From positions 1 to 55,277 of the forward strand of contig JAHLWP010000030.1 of the NCBI GenBank assembly GCA_019057865.1: 55,277 nt of DNA, in the 5' to 3' direction. The translations under genes were made by a program, and so were the position numbers. The stretch comes from Promethearchaeota archaeon. Lineage in GTDB: Archaea; Asgardarchaeota; Lokiarchaeia; Sigyniarchaeales; SOKP01. The notes under the pieces are model-generated. The model made no database searches. It saw only the letters and a list, made by a program, of their open reading frames with translations, and was not told where the DNA came from. Positions 8,434 through 17,203 of the stretch are shown here, in pieces. How positions within the stretch are numbered: position 1 is the stretch's first letter; each line of letters begins with the position of its first letter.

Positions 8434-9411
8434 TTAAGGTGGATATCTTAAATCATATATGCTTTTTCCCCCATTTAAAGGTCCTTTGATATATTTTTCA
8501 ACTTCTTTAGGGTTTCTCTGAGTAATACCCTCCACTGGTGGTAATTTCCCAGGAGGAAATATTTTCAAAATGTCATTGACTAATTTTTCTAGATAATCCA
8601 AAAGTGATTCGATCCCTGGTAGCCCTTTTTCTAGCGTTGCTTTGCTTGGGCACCCTACATTCCCCTCAGGATATGCAGTTACCTCTATTGGGCCAAATCC
8701 TACCTGTCCGTACCATTTTATAGGTCTTTGATAAATATTTCCAGCTTTATCGACATGACCTTCCGGCATCCAACTGATTGGTTCATTATCACATGCCTTA
8801 TCTAATTTAATCATTTCAGGAAATAATGCCAATGAAAATGACGTCTCTACTTCATCAGCATGTATGAAAGGAGTTTCAAATGGTCCTCCATGATCTTTAT
8901 CCATGCAATATTTTGGTATAGCATGATACCAATTCACATTACAGATTAACATTGGCAACTGATAATTCTTCGCAAACTCATGGATAGCAGAGGGAATAAC
9001 ATACTCTTGACCATGTCCATTTAACAAAATCATTTTCCTAAAACCCATATTCCAACAACCTGCCATCACAGCTCGCAACAAACCTTTAAAAATTTCCTCT
9101 GGTACAATAATTGAACCTGGCATTCCTATATGATGATAAGGATGGCTTCCATACCAAACAGGTTCAGCGACAGTACAACCTGTCTTTTGAGCTATTAATT
9201 CGGCCATCCTTGTGACCAAAAAAGTATCTTCTCCAATACAAGCAGCAGGGCCATGATTTTCAGTGGAACCAACTGGGATAATTATAACATCATTCTTTTT
9301 TAAACGTTCATTGATTTCTAAGATTGACATTGTCTGGAGATATATCCCATCAGGTAAATCAATATGTCCTCTGCACTTCCTATATTCAGGCGGTAAAATC
9401 CATTTGCTCAT
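8434..9411 (-). CDS. iolN: creatininase-family 3-dehydro-scyllo-inosose hydrolase (Thermotoga IolN-like)
   Basis: PVGSTENHG, GEDTFLVTRMAE, NGHG and HADEVETS motifs; adjacent to iolO and iolM. Confidence 0.8.
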   Translation of the reverse strand: MSKWILPPEYRKCRGHIDLPDGIYLQTMSILEINERLKKNDVIIIPVGSTENHGPAACIGEDTFLVTRMAELIAQKTGCTVAEPVWYGSHPYHHIGMPGSIIVPEEIFKGLLRAVMAGCWNMGFRKMILLNGHGQEYVIPSAIHEFAKNYQLPMLICNVNWYHAIPKYCMDKDHGGPFETPFIHADEVETSFSLALFPEMIKLDKACDNEPISWMPEGHVDKAGNIYQRPIKWYGQVGFGPIEVTAYPEGNVGCPSKATLEKGLPGIESLLDYLEKLVNDILKIFPPGKLPPVEGITQRNPKEVEKYIKGPLNGGKSIYDLRYPP

Positions 9412-9507
9412 TTTTAAAAATCATCTCAATTAAAATGAATTGTAATAATTATCAAAGGGGTACATATATGTTAAACTTTTTAATCATCATATATAATTAT
9501 ATATTAT

Positions 9508-10320
9508 ATGCGATTGAGTATTGTATCTACTCTTAACGAATCCAAACACAATCAAGAAGAAATAATTAAAAAATTCTCTGCTGTATGTAATTTTTTAAAG
9601 CCATTAGATTATGATGGAGTTGAATTAAGTTTATTAGAACCAGAAAAAATTGATGTTAAAAAGATAGATGAAATTAAAGATTCTTATGAAATGGAAATAC
9701 CAGCACTGGGAACAGGGAATACTTTTATTCGGTTTGGTTATTCGCTAGGTCATATTGATGAATCAATGAGGAGAAAAGCAATTGAAAGAGTTGAGAAATA
9801 TGTTGAATTTGCCCGTGAAGTACAATCAAAAGTTATTATTGGATTAATTAGGGGACGTTATAGTTTTGAAAGTAGTCAAAAAAAAGAGAAAATAAATATT
9901 AAATCATCGTTAAAAGAATGTTGTAGGTTAGCAGAAAATAACAATGTAGAATTATTATTCGAACCTATAAATCGATTTGAGAGTGATTCTTATAATACAA
10001 TCTCAGAATCAATAGAATTAATAAAAGAGATAGGTTCTAATAACTTAAGATTATTAGTTGATTCTTATCACATTTATTTGGAAGAGGATCCTGGTTTTAT
10101 TTGGGATTATTTAAAAGAGATTGCTCATTATGTTTCTCATATTCATTTAGCTGATTGTACACGTAGAGCTCCTGGTACAGGACATTTTGATTTTAGAATT
10201 TTTTTAAATATTTTTAAAAATGCAGGTTATAATGGGTTTGCATCAATTGAAACTATTATGAAACCCTCATTTGAGGAAGTCGCTAGAGAATCCTCTGAAT
10301 ATCTAAGTTTAATTCTATAG
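9508..10320 (+). CDS. iolO: sugar epimerase, 5-keto-L-gluconate epimerase-like (IolO)
   Basis: TIM-barrel epimerase motifs EPINRFE, DSYH and HLADCTRRAPGTGHFDF; cluster context. Confidence 0.75.
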   Translation: MRLSIVSTLNESKHNQEEIIKKFSAVCNFLKPLDYDGVELSLLEPEKIDVKKIDEIKDSYEMEIPALGTGNTFIRFGYSLGHIDESMRRKAIERVEKYVEFAREVQSKVIIGLIRGRYSFESSQKKEKINIKSSLKECCRLAENNNVELLFEPINRFESDSYNTISESIELIKEIGSNNLRLLVDSYHIYLEEDPGFIWDYLKEIAHYVSHIHLADCTRRAPGTGHFDFRIFLNIFKNAGYNGFASIETIMKPSFEEVARESSEYLSLIL

Positions 10321-10325
10321 AATAT

Positions 10326-11533
10326 TTAACTTATTTTAATAGAAATCTTACAATTTTCTTTATCAGTTTGCAAGAGTTTGAGATGTTCAGGTACTTCATT
10401 AAGGGAGATTTCTTTTGTGATTATTGGAGTTAAATCCATTCCAGTTGCCATACAATTTATCACATTTGGAAAATTACCATGCCCCGAATGACCTTGAGAT
10501 CCTACGATGCGAGCTCTCCTTACTTGGAAGTATTCACCACAAACAGGCATTTTTTGTTCTGTTCTAGCAACAATAACCACCGTACTATTAACTGATTTAC
10601 ATTCCCATATTGCATTTTGTATATCATCTGTAACAATATCAGGTAATCCCGTAGCTTCAAGATATAGGGCAGCTCCCTCATTATCAGTATATAGTTTTGT
10701 TGCTTCAACAAAATCTTCTTTTAAAGGGTTGATCACATAATCAGCACCCAATTTTTTCGCTAACGATGCTCGATTTTCTTCTGGTTCTGAGACAATACAT
10801 ATAGCAGCTCCAGCGGTTTTTAAAATTTTAACTGCTGCTAAACCAATAGGACCAGCTCCCAAAATAACCACATTTTCACCTGGTCGAATTCCGCCCCCTC
10901 TTTCTATAACGGCATTGTAAGCAACTGAAGTTGGTTCTACTAAACTACCAATTTTAAAAATATCATCATATTTTTGTTCTAATTTTTTCAAACTCCAGCA
11001 TAATTTTGCTGGTACAGCAATGTATTCAGCATATGCACCATCAATAGAAAAACCAATTTCCTGTAATCGCTCACAATGGTTTGGATAGCCATCACAACAA
11101 GGTTTACATTCGCCACACCAAACCATTTCTTCTACAGTAACCGGTTCTCCTACTTCATAAAGTTTACCAGTTCTTTTATTAATTGCTTGACTACCAACTT
11201 CAACAATTTCACCTGCAAATTCATGTCCAAGGGTGACAGGGAAAGCTGTTAAACCAGGATAATAAATGTATCCATCATCATATGCTTGAGCCATATGTAC
11301 ATCAGAACCGCATATTATGGTCTTGAAAGTTTTCTTTCAAGAATTCCACATCTTTTGACCTTAATTAAAACCTCTTTAGGATTGGGTTTAGGCTTTTCCT
11401 TATCAATAACTTTAACAAAGGGAAATTTCCATACTTGTGACCCTAGATATGTTAATTTTTCATCAATATCCTTTGGTCCAGGTTTAAAGGATGGTTTTGG
11501 TTCCCATTTTGCGGATATTTCTATGGCTTTCAT
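10326..11533 (-). CDS. iolM: scyllo-inosose 3-dehydrogenase (Zn-dependent MDR), two exons: 11533-11344 and 11314-10326; 392 aa after splicing
   Basis: Exons of 190 and 989 nt join to read KRCG-I-CGSDVHMAQ. GHE, CGECKPC...C and GAGPIG motifs are present; strong resemblance to Thermotoga IolM. Confidence 0.85.
11315..11343 (-). other. predicted 29-nt BHB mRNA intron in iolM
   Basis: Transcript reads AU-GUGG-AA|U-UCUUGAAAG-AAAA-CUUUCAAGA-CCAU-AA|U-AU: 4-bp central helix, two 3-nt bulges and a 9-bp hairpin. Confidence 0.85.
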
Positions 11534-11681
11534 TTCTTTTTTATATCAACTCCATAATCAATTATGGTAATTAATAATATACTTCTTTTAAGTTAAACCT
11601 TTATAGCATAGTAATCCAACAAATACTTAAAAAAAATAGGAATTAGAATATAAAATTACCAAAAATAGAGATAATAGTATT

Positions 11682-14531
11682 TTAAATATTCCTATAATAA
11701 TCTCTAAACTTATTTATCAAAGAAACAGCATTTTTTCCATTGTCATTTAAGTAGTATTTAGTAGGGTTAGCCTTAGATCTTGTTCCACGAATAATTCCTA
11801 CATATTGTCTCATTACATCATATCTCCTACTAAAGAAACTTATTATAGATGACTTATCCTTATATTCTAAATATTCCTTTAAACTGATATTGGTAGCATC
11901 ACGTCCTGACTTTGATATCTCATAAATTGCAATTAAAAACTTCATAAAACCATCAGTATCTAAAGTGGGTTTAATTAAAGGGTTTCTAATTGCAGAATCT
12001 ACACAATCAATAGGCGCAAATTCTCTGGTAACACGATTATAATCGTTAAAGACTTGTCTTACATTATTTTTATGATCATAAATTTCATTCAATAAAGGAA
12101 TAAATTTATTATGATGAAGAATTCTATGACAATTTGAACAAATATATCCTCCCTCTTCTTTTTCTATGATTCGGATAATTTCAGAGCATGGAAGATAGTA
12201 TACCTTACTAATGTTAACTGTTTTCGTTTCTTCATTTTTATGATGATAAGTGAATGCGGGTAAATGTTTGCTTATTCTGAATTCTCCACAAGTATGACAA
12301 AATTCTCCATAAAAATATTCTATAATATATCTTTTTTTTAGATATCTAGCAATTGCATCTCTTATCCCTGCTTTGGTGTTTGGGGTTAATCTTGTAGTCT
12401 CACGAAAATTGTCTACTGAAATCCTAATAAGTGCATGAATTAGCTCAGGGGGATAAGAAAAGATATCTTTCCAATTTATAATATATTTAAAATATCCGTA
12501 ATATTTATCTTCTAAAATACGATGATGATTTCTACATATAAGAACCACGTGTTCCGATTCCATTAACTTAATTATCAATTCTAAGAAATGTGGATTAGAC
12601 AAATTTTTAGTAAATAGCTCGTATAGCTTTGAAGCAGTAAAATTATTATCCTTCTCACCAGAAGTGTGGTGAAATTCTAATGCTGTTAGTCTTGAAATAT
12701 CAGTATTTATAATTAATCCTTCTTTTTGGCATTGGGGACACTTACTTTTCCCGTTTTTAAAATATTTACCATTATAAATATTTTTTATGGCAAATAATTT
12801 TAATTTACTTCCAATAATTCTTCGTAAATCTTTTTCTTTTTTCATTCTTTGTTTGTCTGTAAGACTTTCTTCTTTTGCTCGATATGCTCTAGGTGGAAAA
12901 AGATCAAAGTATTTTTCTCTTAAAAAATCGTAAATTTCTCTTATAGAAAAAACAAAACGATATTTTTGAAGTAAATTAATACCATTTTCTTTTAAAAAGT
13001 CAACTAAAGGTTTTATATATACACGTGCCCCAATCTTTTTATGGACCTTACTTGTATTGGCCAATAATTTAATTATTTCAGCTAAATCGGAAAAGAATTT
13101 GATAAATACATCTCGATATTGAGTTACCATATTACGTAGTGAATTAATATCTTTTTTAAAATTGTCTCCAAAATATTCTTTAAAAAATTCTGAAAAAATA
13201 TTCTCCTCTAGTTTTAAAATTAGTTCGGATGTTTCAATCTCTGTATTCTTTATCAATTTGAAAAAATATAAAGAAATAATCAGTCTAATCCTTTTAAACC
13301 CATATATTGCTAATTCCATTCTTGGATATAACTGTTCAAAATATGTTTTGTAGTACCTATTGACACTACTAGGTATTATGTTAGCCAATTTAGCTATCTG
13401 TCTTGTACTAATTTTGGGTACATTTTTGTCTATAAGAGCTACGGTGTAAATGATCGTGCTGGCAATTACTTTAAGATTTACGTTTTTAGGAATATAGAAT
13501 TCATTATTTTCTGCCCTTGAAATGAAATCATCTAATATTTCTATGGATTTTGACCAAATAAACTCTTTTTGGTCTGTTGTACCATCGATTAAATCATATA
13601 ACTTTTTTAAATTATTAATTAATTTCTGTTTAAAATGAGGTATCGAGATAGAAAGTACCATCGTGGTTTCTTTATCTTTTATTGCAACTTGTATATCTTC
13701 TCTTTTTAATTCTCTGCATAAACCAGCTTCTAAAAATTCATGATAAGCTGAAAAAAGCTCAAATGCAGATATCCCTTGCGTTAATATTTCGGGGGCTTTT
13801 CCCAATAGTAAAGTAAAAGTTCCGACGTGGAGGATCTTATCGTATTCTTCTTTAAGTATTGAAAGAGATCTATTTTGTATTAGAGATGCGCTTCCTTTTT
13901 TATCTCTTGAAACTTGAATTTCATTTAAATACTCTTTTAACCAAATCTGGATAAAATTTCGTACTTCATCGGAAAATGGACGCAATTCTTCGGGATTATG
14001 AAATATTTCGGATTTTTTGCGGAGATTTTGCAGGAAATTGGTATATTCCCCTGCAATTTTTTTTAACCCCGAACGCAACTTCTCATGAGGCTTTTTTGAG
14101 GATTTCTCATTTTGAAGGGATTTTCTCTGCTTTCTACTCAGTAATTTCATGTAGCTCCTTGATAATCCGTCCATATAATTTGAAACAATTTGGGCCCCTC
14201 TTCCTAGAGGAGCACAATACATCCAACCACTAATGAAAACCTTAAGACTATTAGGGGCTTTTATTTTGATTAAGTTTATCACACTTTCTGGAGGGAGGGC
14301 TGAGACATCAAATAAGCAAGCATTTATTGCTTGGATAAAACTTCCGATAAACTCATCAACGAAAATCAAGGAAATTTTGTGTTTCGAACATTTTGGATAT
14401 TTTTGAAATCCAAGGAAACCGAATTTCAAAGGTTTGACCTTTTCAAGATGCTTGCATCCAAAATGTGGACAAATTGCGATCCGATCTTCTTCAACCGTTT
14501 TTCTGCTTACTTGGTCGTGTCTCTCGATCAT
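11682..14531 (-). CDS. 949-aa multidomain protein: N-terminal Zn finger, TFIIB-like cyclin/HTH segment, two HNH-like nuclease domains, C-terminal wHTH-like region
   Basis: CPHFGC...CSKH; IASTIIY...ISTRQIAKLANI...VNRYYK; CPQC...LEFHH...ICRNHH; CHTC...FTYHH...ICSNCH. Confidence 0.65.
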   Translation of the reverse strand: MIERHDQVSRKTVEEDRIAICPHFGCKHLEKVKPLKFGFLGFQKYPKCSKHKISLIFVDEFIGSFIQAINACLFDVSALPPESVINLIKIKAPNSLKVFISGWMYCAPLGRGAQIVSNYMDGLSRSYMKLLSRKQRKSLQNEKSSKKPHEKLRSGLKKIAGEYTNFLQNLRKKSEIFHNPEELRPFSDEVRNFIQIWLKEYLNEIQVSRDKKGSASLIQNRSLSILKEEYDKILHVGTFTLLLGKAPEILTQGISAFELFSAYHEFLEAGLCRELKREDIQVAIKDKETTMVLSISIPHFKQKLINNLKKLYDLIDGTTDQKEFIWSKSIEILDDFISRAENNEFYIPKNVNLKVIASTIIYTVALIDKNVPKISTRQIAKLANIIPSSVNRYYKTYFEQLYPRMELAIYGFKRIRLIISLYFFKLIKNTEIETSELILKLEENIFSEFFKEYFGDNFKKDINSLRNMVTQYRDVFIKFFSDLAEIIKLLANTSKVHKKIGARVYIKPLVDFLKENGINLLQKYRFVFSIREIYDFLREKYFDLFPPRAYRAKEESLTDKQRMKKEKDLRRIIGSKLKLFAIKNIYNGKYFKNGKSKCPQCQKEGLIINTDISRLTALEFHHTSGEKDNNFTASKLYELFTKNLSNPHFLELIIKLMESEHVVLICRNHHRILEDKYYGYFKYIINWKDIFSYPPELIHALIRISVDNFRETTRLTPNTKAGIRDAIARYLKKRYIIEYFYGEFCHTCGEFRISKHLPAFTYHHKNEETKTVNISKVYYLPCSEIIRIIEKEEGGYICSNCHRILHHNKFIPLLNEIYDHKNNVRQVFNDYNRVTREFAPIDCVDSAIRNPLIKPTLDTDGFMKFLIAIYEISKSGRDATNISLKEYLEYKDKSSIISFFSRRYDVMRQYVGIIRGTRSKANPTKYYLNDNGKNAVSLINKFRDYYRNI

Positions 14532-15196
14532 CCGGTGATTCTCACCCTTTCCTTCTTTTTCTTTGCTTCGAATTGATCCTCATCATTTAATTCGAGTAAA
14601 CTTGATAATTCTAGTTTTAGTTTGGAGTAACTCTCTTTCAGTTCTCTATAGAAATCTGAAAATAATGAAAAAAATGTACCTTGACTGCTACATAAAATAT
14701 CTGCAATTTTAATCACAACATTTAATAATCGGAAATGATGATGAATTTCAAATTCTGAAAGAACATGAAGTACTTTCCAAATTTCACCACTGAGATATTT
14801 AATCTCTTTCAAGAGGTCTATTTCAAAACGATTTGGTTGAGTTTTAACCTTTCTAAATAGAATTTTTATCTTTTTATCTACTGTCTCCTGTTCTACACCA
14901 ATCATTTCCAGTAAAGATATATATCGAGAAAATAATGAGGAGAGTTTGGATTCCCATTTCAAAATTGGGTCTTTTTTAAGGATGTTGTGGGTCTCTTGAG
15001 ATTTTGAAAATCTAAATCGAATTATAGCTTTTTTATAGTTAAGAAAGGAGCGTAATTGCCTTGAAAGTTCACTTATATGTTCAGAACCTTCAATTGAATA
15101 CCACTCAAGAAATTCCAAATCATCTTCATAATCTAAAGGGGAACTATTGCTAAAAGAATAATTAAGACCATTGAAATTATTACAACTCTTTGTCAT
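14528..15196 (-). CDS. hypothetical helical protein, coupled to the HNH gene
   Basis: 222-aa ORF with a 4-bp ATGA overlap with the 949-aa ORF. Confidence 0.65.
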   Translation of the reverse strand: MTKSCNNFNGLNYSFSNSSPLDYEDDLEFLEWYSIEGSEHISELSRQLRSFLNYKKAIIRFRFSKSQETHNILKKDPILKWESKLSSLFSRYISLLEMIGVEQETVDKKIKILFRKVKTQPNRFEIDLLKEIKYLSGEIWKVLHVLSEFEIHHHFRLLNVVIKIADILCSSQGTFFSLFSDFYRELKESYSKLKLELSSLLELNDEDQFEAKKKKERVRITG

Positions 15197-15569
15197 AATA
15201 ACATATTTTCTTCGTTATATTTAAATAAAAAAAGAGTTAGATTTTTCTAGTTATTCACACAAAAACTTGTTTGACGGCAATTTGCACTCAATTCTAAAAA
15301 ATCATTCATTTCCTTACAGATCGAATATAGATTTTTTTAGTGTTTTGTCATCAGGGATCATTTACCCTCCACAATTTAATTTTTTATATATTATTTAAAG
15401 AGATTTTATTCATAAAAACTGGATAAGTTGGAGGATTTATCTCAAAACGAGTAAAATTCTTTATAATCTTCTTTGTTTAATTTAGTTATCAAATCATCGA
15501 AAGTATGATGAAGGATGATTTCTCAATTGAACTATATTTTATTTACTAAACCATACATAGCAAATTGAA

Positions 15570-15759
15570 TCCCACATCTTTTTACTTTGATTAACACTTC
15601 ATTGGACTTAATTTGGGGTCTATCTTTATCAACAATTTTAACTGTTGGATTTCTCCAAACTTGAGAACCTAAATATGTTAATTTTCCATTAATATCTTTA
15701 GAACTGGGTTTATATTCAGGTTTGGGATCCCATACAGCCGATAATTCAACAGCTTTCAT
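15570..15759 (-). other. iolM: second (orphan or alternative) iolM exon 1
   Basis: 190 nt, the same length as exon 1A; 42/64 aa identical by manual count. Similarity ends at KRCG-I, the splice site. Confidence 0.85.
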
Positions 15760-15836
15760 TTTTGATGATTTTATTATATTAGATTTTTCTAACTACTATA
15801 TATGTAATAAAAGATAAAAAAAATAAAATAATTTAT

Positions 15837-17042
15837 TTATTCCTTACTTTTCTCTTTCAAGAAGAATACTATTATTAAAGCTATAACAAGCAAAATTGCT
15901 TGTATTAATAGAGCAGGCCAATAATCATTATTTATTTTGACATCTTCAAGGCTAAGAATAAATAGAATTCCTCCTATTTGCCCGACCATCATCAACATTC
16001 CAGTAGAGCTTGCTTCTGGCACAGGTTTTGTTATGTCGACAGCATATTCTAAACCCACTGGACCCGCTGAAAGTAAGCCGAATCCTAGTAGAAATCCAAA
16101 CGCAAGTAACATTGTCTCATCATGTGTGCAAGTAATTATAAATAGAGAAACTGTTGCTATAAAAAGAGATATTATTAGTAAGATTTTACGCTTTTTGTAT
16201 TTGTCTGATAATGTAGACATTATAACACATCCTACGATTCCTCCTAATAGCATTAGAGCACCTAACATTCCTGCAAAATCAGTGTCATACCCTCTCGGTT
16301 CTACTATACCTTCAATATATGTGGTAATGGTGTTAAAAATCCCTAGACCCAAGAAAAAAAGAATAAATAGCATAATGAAGTGTTTATTTGTAAACAATTT
16401 CCTTAGACCTTCAGACATTAATACTTTTTCTTCTATTACCTCTCTTGAAGGAGGAGTTGGCGGCTTATCTTTCACAAATACCACAAAAAGTATCACTGTT
16501 ATCAGGGATATAATACCATAAATAAGTAGCATTGGTAATAAATCATCTCCAGAAACAAGTATTGGAGTAATAAACATACCGAGTGCAATCCCCAGAAATT
16601 GAGAGATTAATGCAATTCCCGTAGCTGTTGTTCTTTCATTTTCAGGAAACCAATTAGCTGATAATTTTGTGACTGCGTTTAAAATAAAAGGTTGTCCTAA
16701 GCCAATTCCTATTTGAAATAACAACACAAGTAAATAATCCTCAAATGCAAAAAATCTAAGTAGACCGAAGATACCTGCAATTATAGCTCCTATTCCCGCC
16801 CCTATCCTAAACCCAAATCTATCAATCATCCAAGCTGCTAAGAAAGTTACTGGAATATATACTACCATGAAACTCATTGCCAACAAGTCTATAAAAAGTT
16901 CATCAACCTCATAAAAAGTTGCAGCAACACTTCTAACAGGAGCAAAACTTATCCATAAAATTTGCAATGATATGTTTACTAGCATAAAAAGCAATAGAAC
17001 TACCCAGCGAAATCCATAAACTTCTACATTTTCTTTACTCAT
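15837..17042 (-). CDS. MFS transporter (FLVCR/SLC49-like)
   Basis: About 12 TM helices; YGFRWVVL and ANWFPENERTTATG motifs. Confidence 0.85.
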   Translation of the reverse strand: MSKENVEVYGFRWVVLLLFMLVNISLQILWISFAPVRSVAATFYEVDELFIDLLAMSFMVVYIPVTFLAAWMIDRFGFRIGAGIGAIIAGIFGLLRFFAFEDYLLVLLFQIGIGLGQPFILNAVTKLSANWFPENERTTATGIALISQFLGIALGMFITPILVSGDDLLPMLLIYGIISLITVILFVVFVKDKPPTPPSREVIEEKVLMSEGLRKLFTNKHFIMLFILFFLGLGIFNTITTYIEGIVEPRGYDTDFAGMLGALMLLGGIVGCVIMSTLSDKYKKRKILLIISLFIATVSLFIITCTHDETMLLAFGFLLGFGLLSAGPVGLEYAVDITKPVPEASSTGMLMMVGQIGGILFILSLEDVKINNDYWPALLIQAILLVIALIIVFFLKEKSKE

Positions 17043-17203
17043 ATAATCAACAATTTTATTGATTAATTGATTTTTTTTTATTAATATTTCAAGATCAATT
17101 TATACTAATTTAAATCTTTAATTTAAAATCTATAATATTACAAATAAATTATAATTGTGAGAGATAATTTCTATATATAAAAGATTCTTTTAAGGCGATT
17201 TAT

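Larger units (their letters stand above)
11315..15569 (-). mobile_element. putative HNH-encoding element inserted at the iolM intron (or a large nested BHB intron)
   Basis: Bounded by the end of orphan iolM exon 1B (15570) and iolM exon 2 (11314). Carries the 222-aa and 949-aa ORFs and exon 1A. No integrase or transposase is recognisable. Confidence 0.55.

Noticed and set aside
10326-11533. iolM as a simple frameshifted pseudogene or IS footprint
   Set aside because: The insert forms an exact BHB whose standard cut sites restore the frame, both exons are otherwise intact, and a second allele has a different hairpin at the same site.
15937-16521. 194-aa plus-strand ORF and the other short antisense or overlapping ORFs in the track (e.g. 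1831, 10507, 11286, 13976, 23199, 37993, 39664, 54344)
   Set aside because: They are shadows of well-supported genes on the opposite strand or in another frame and have no motifs.
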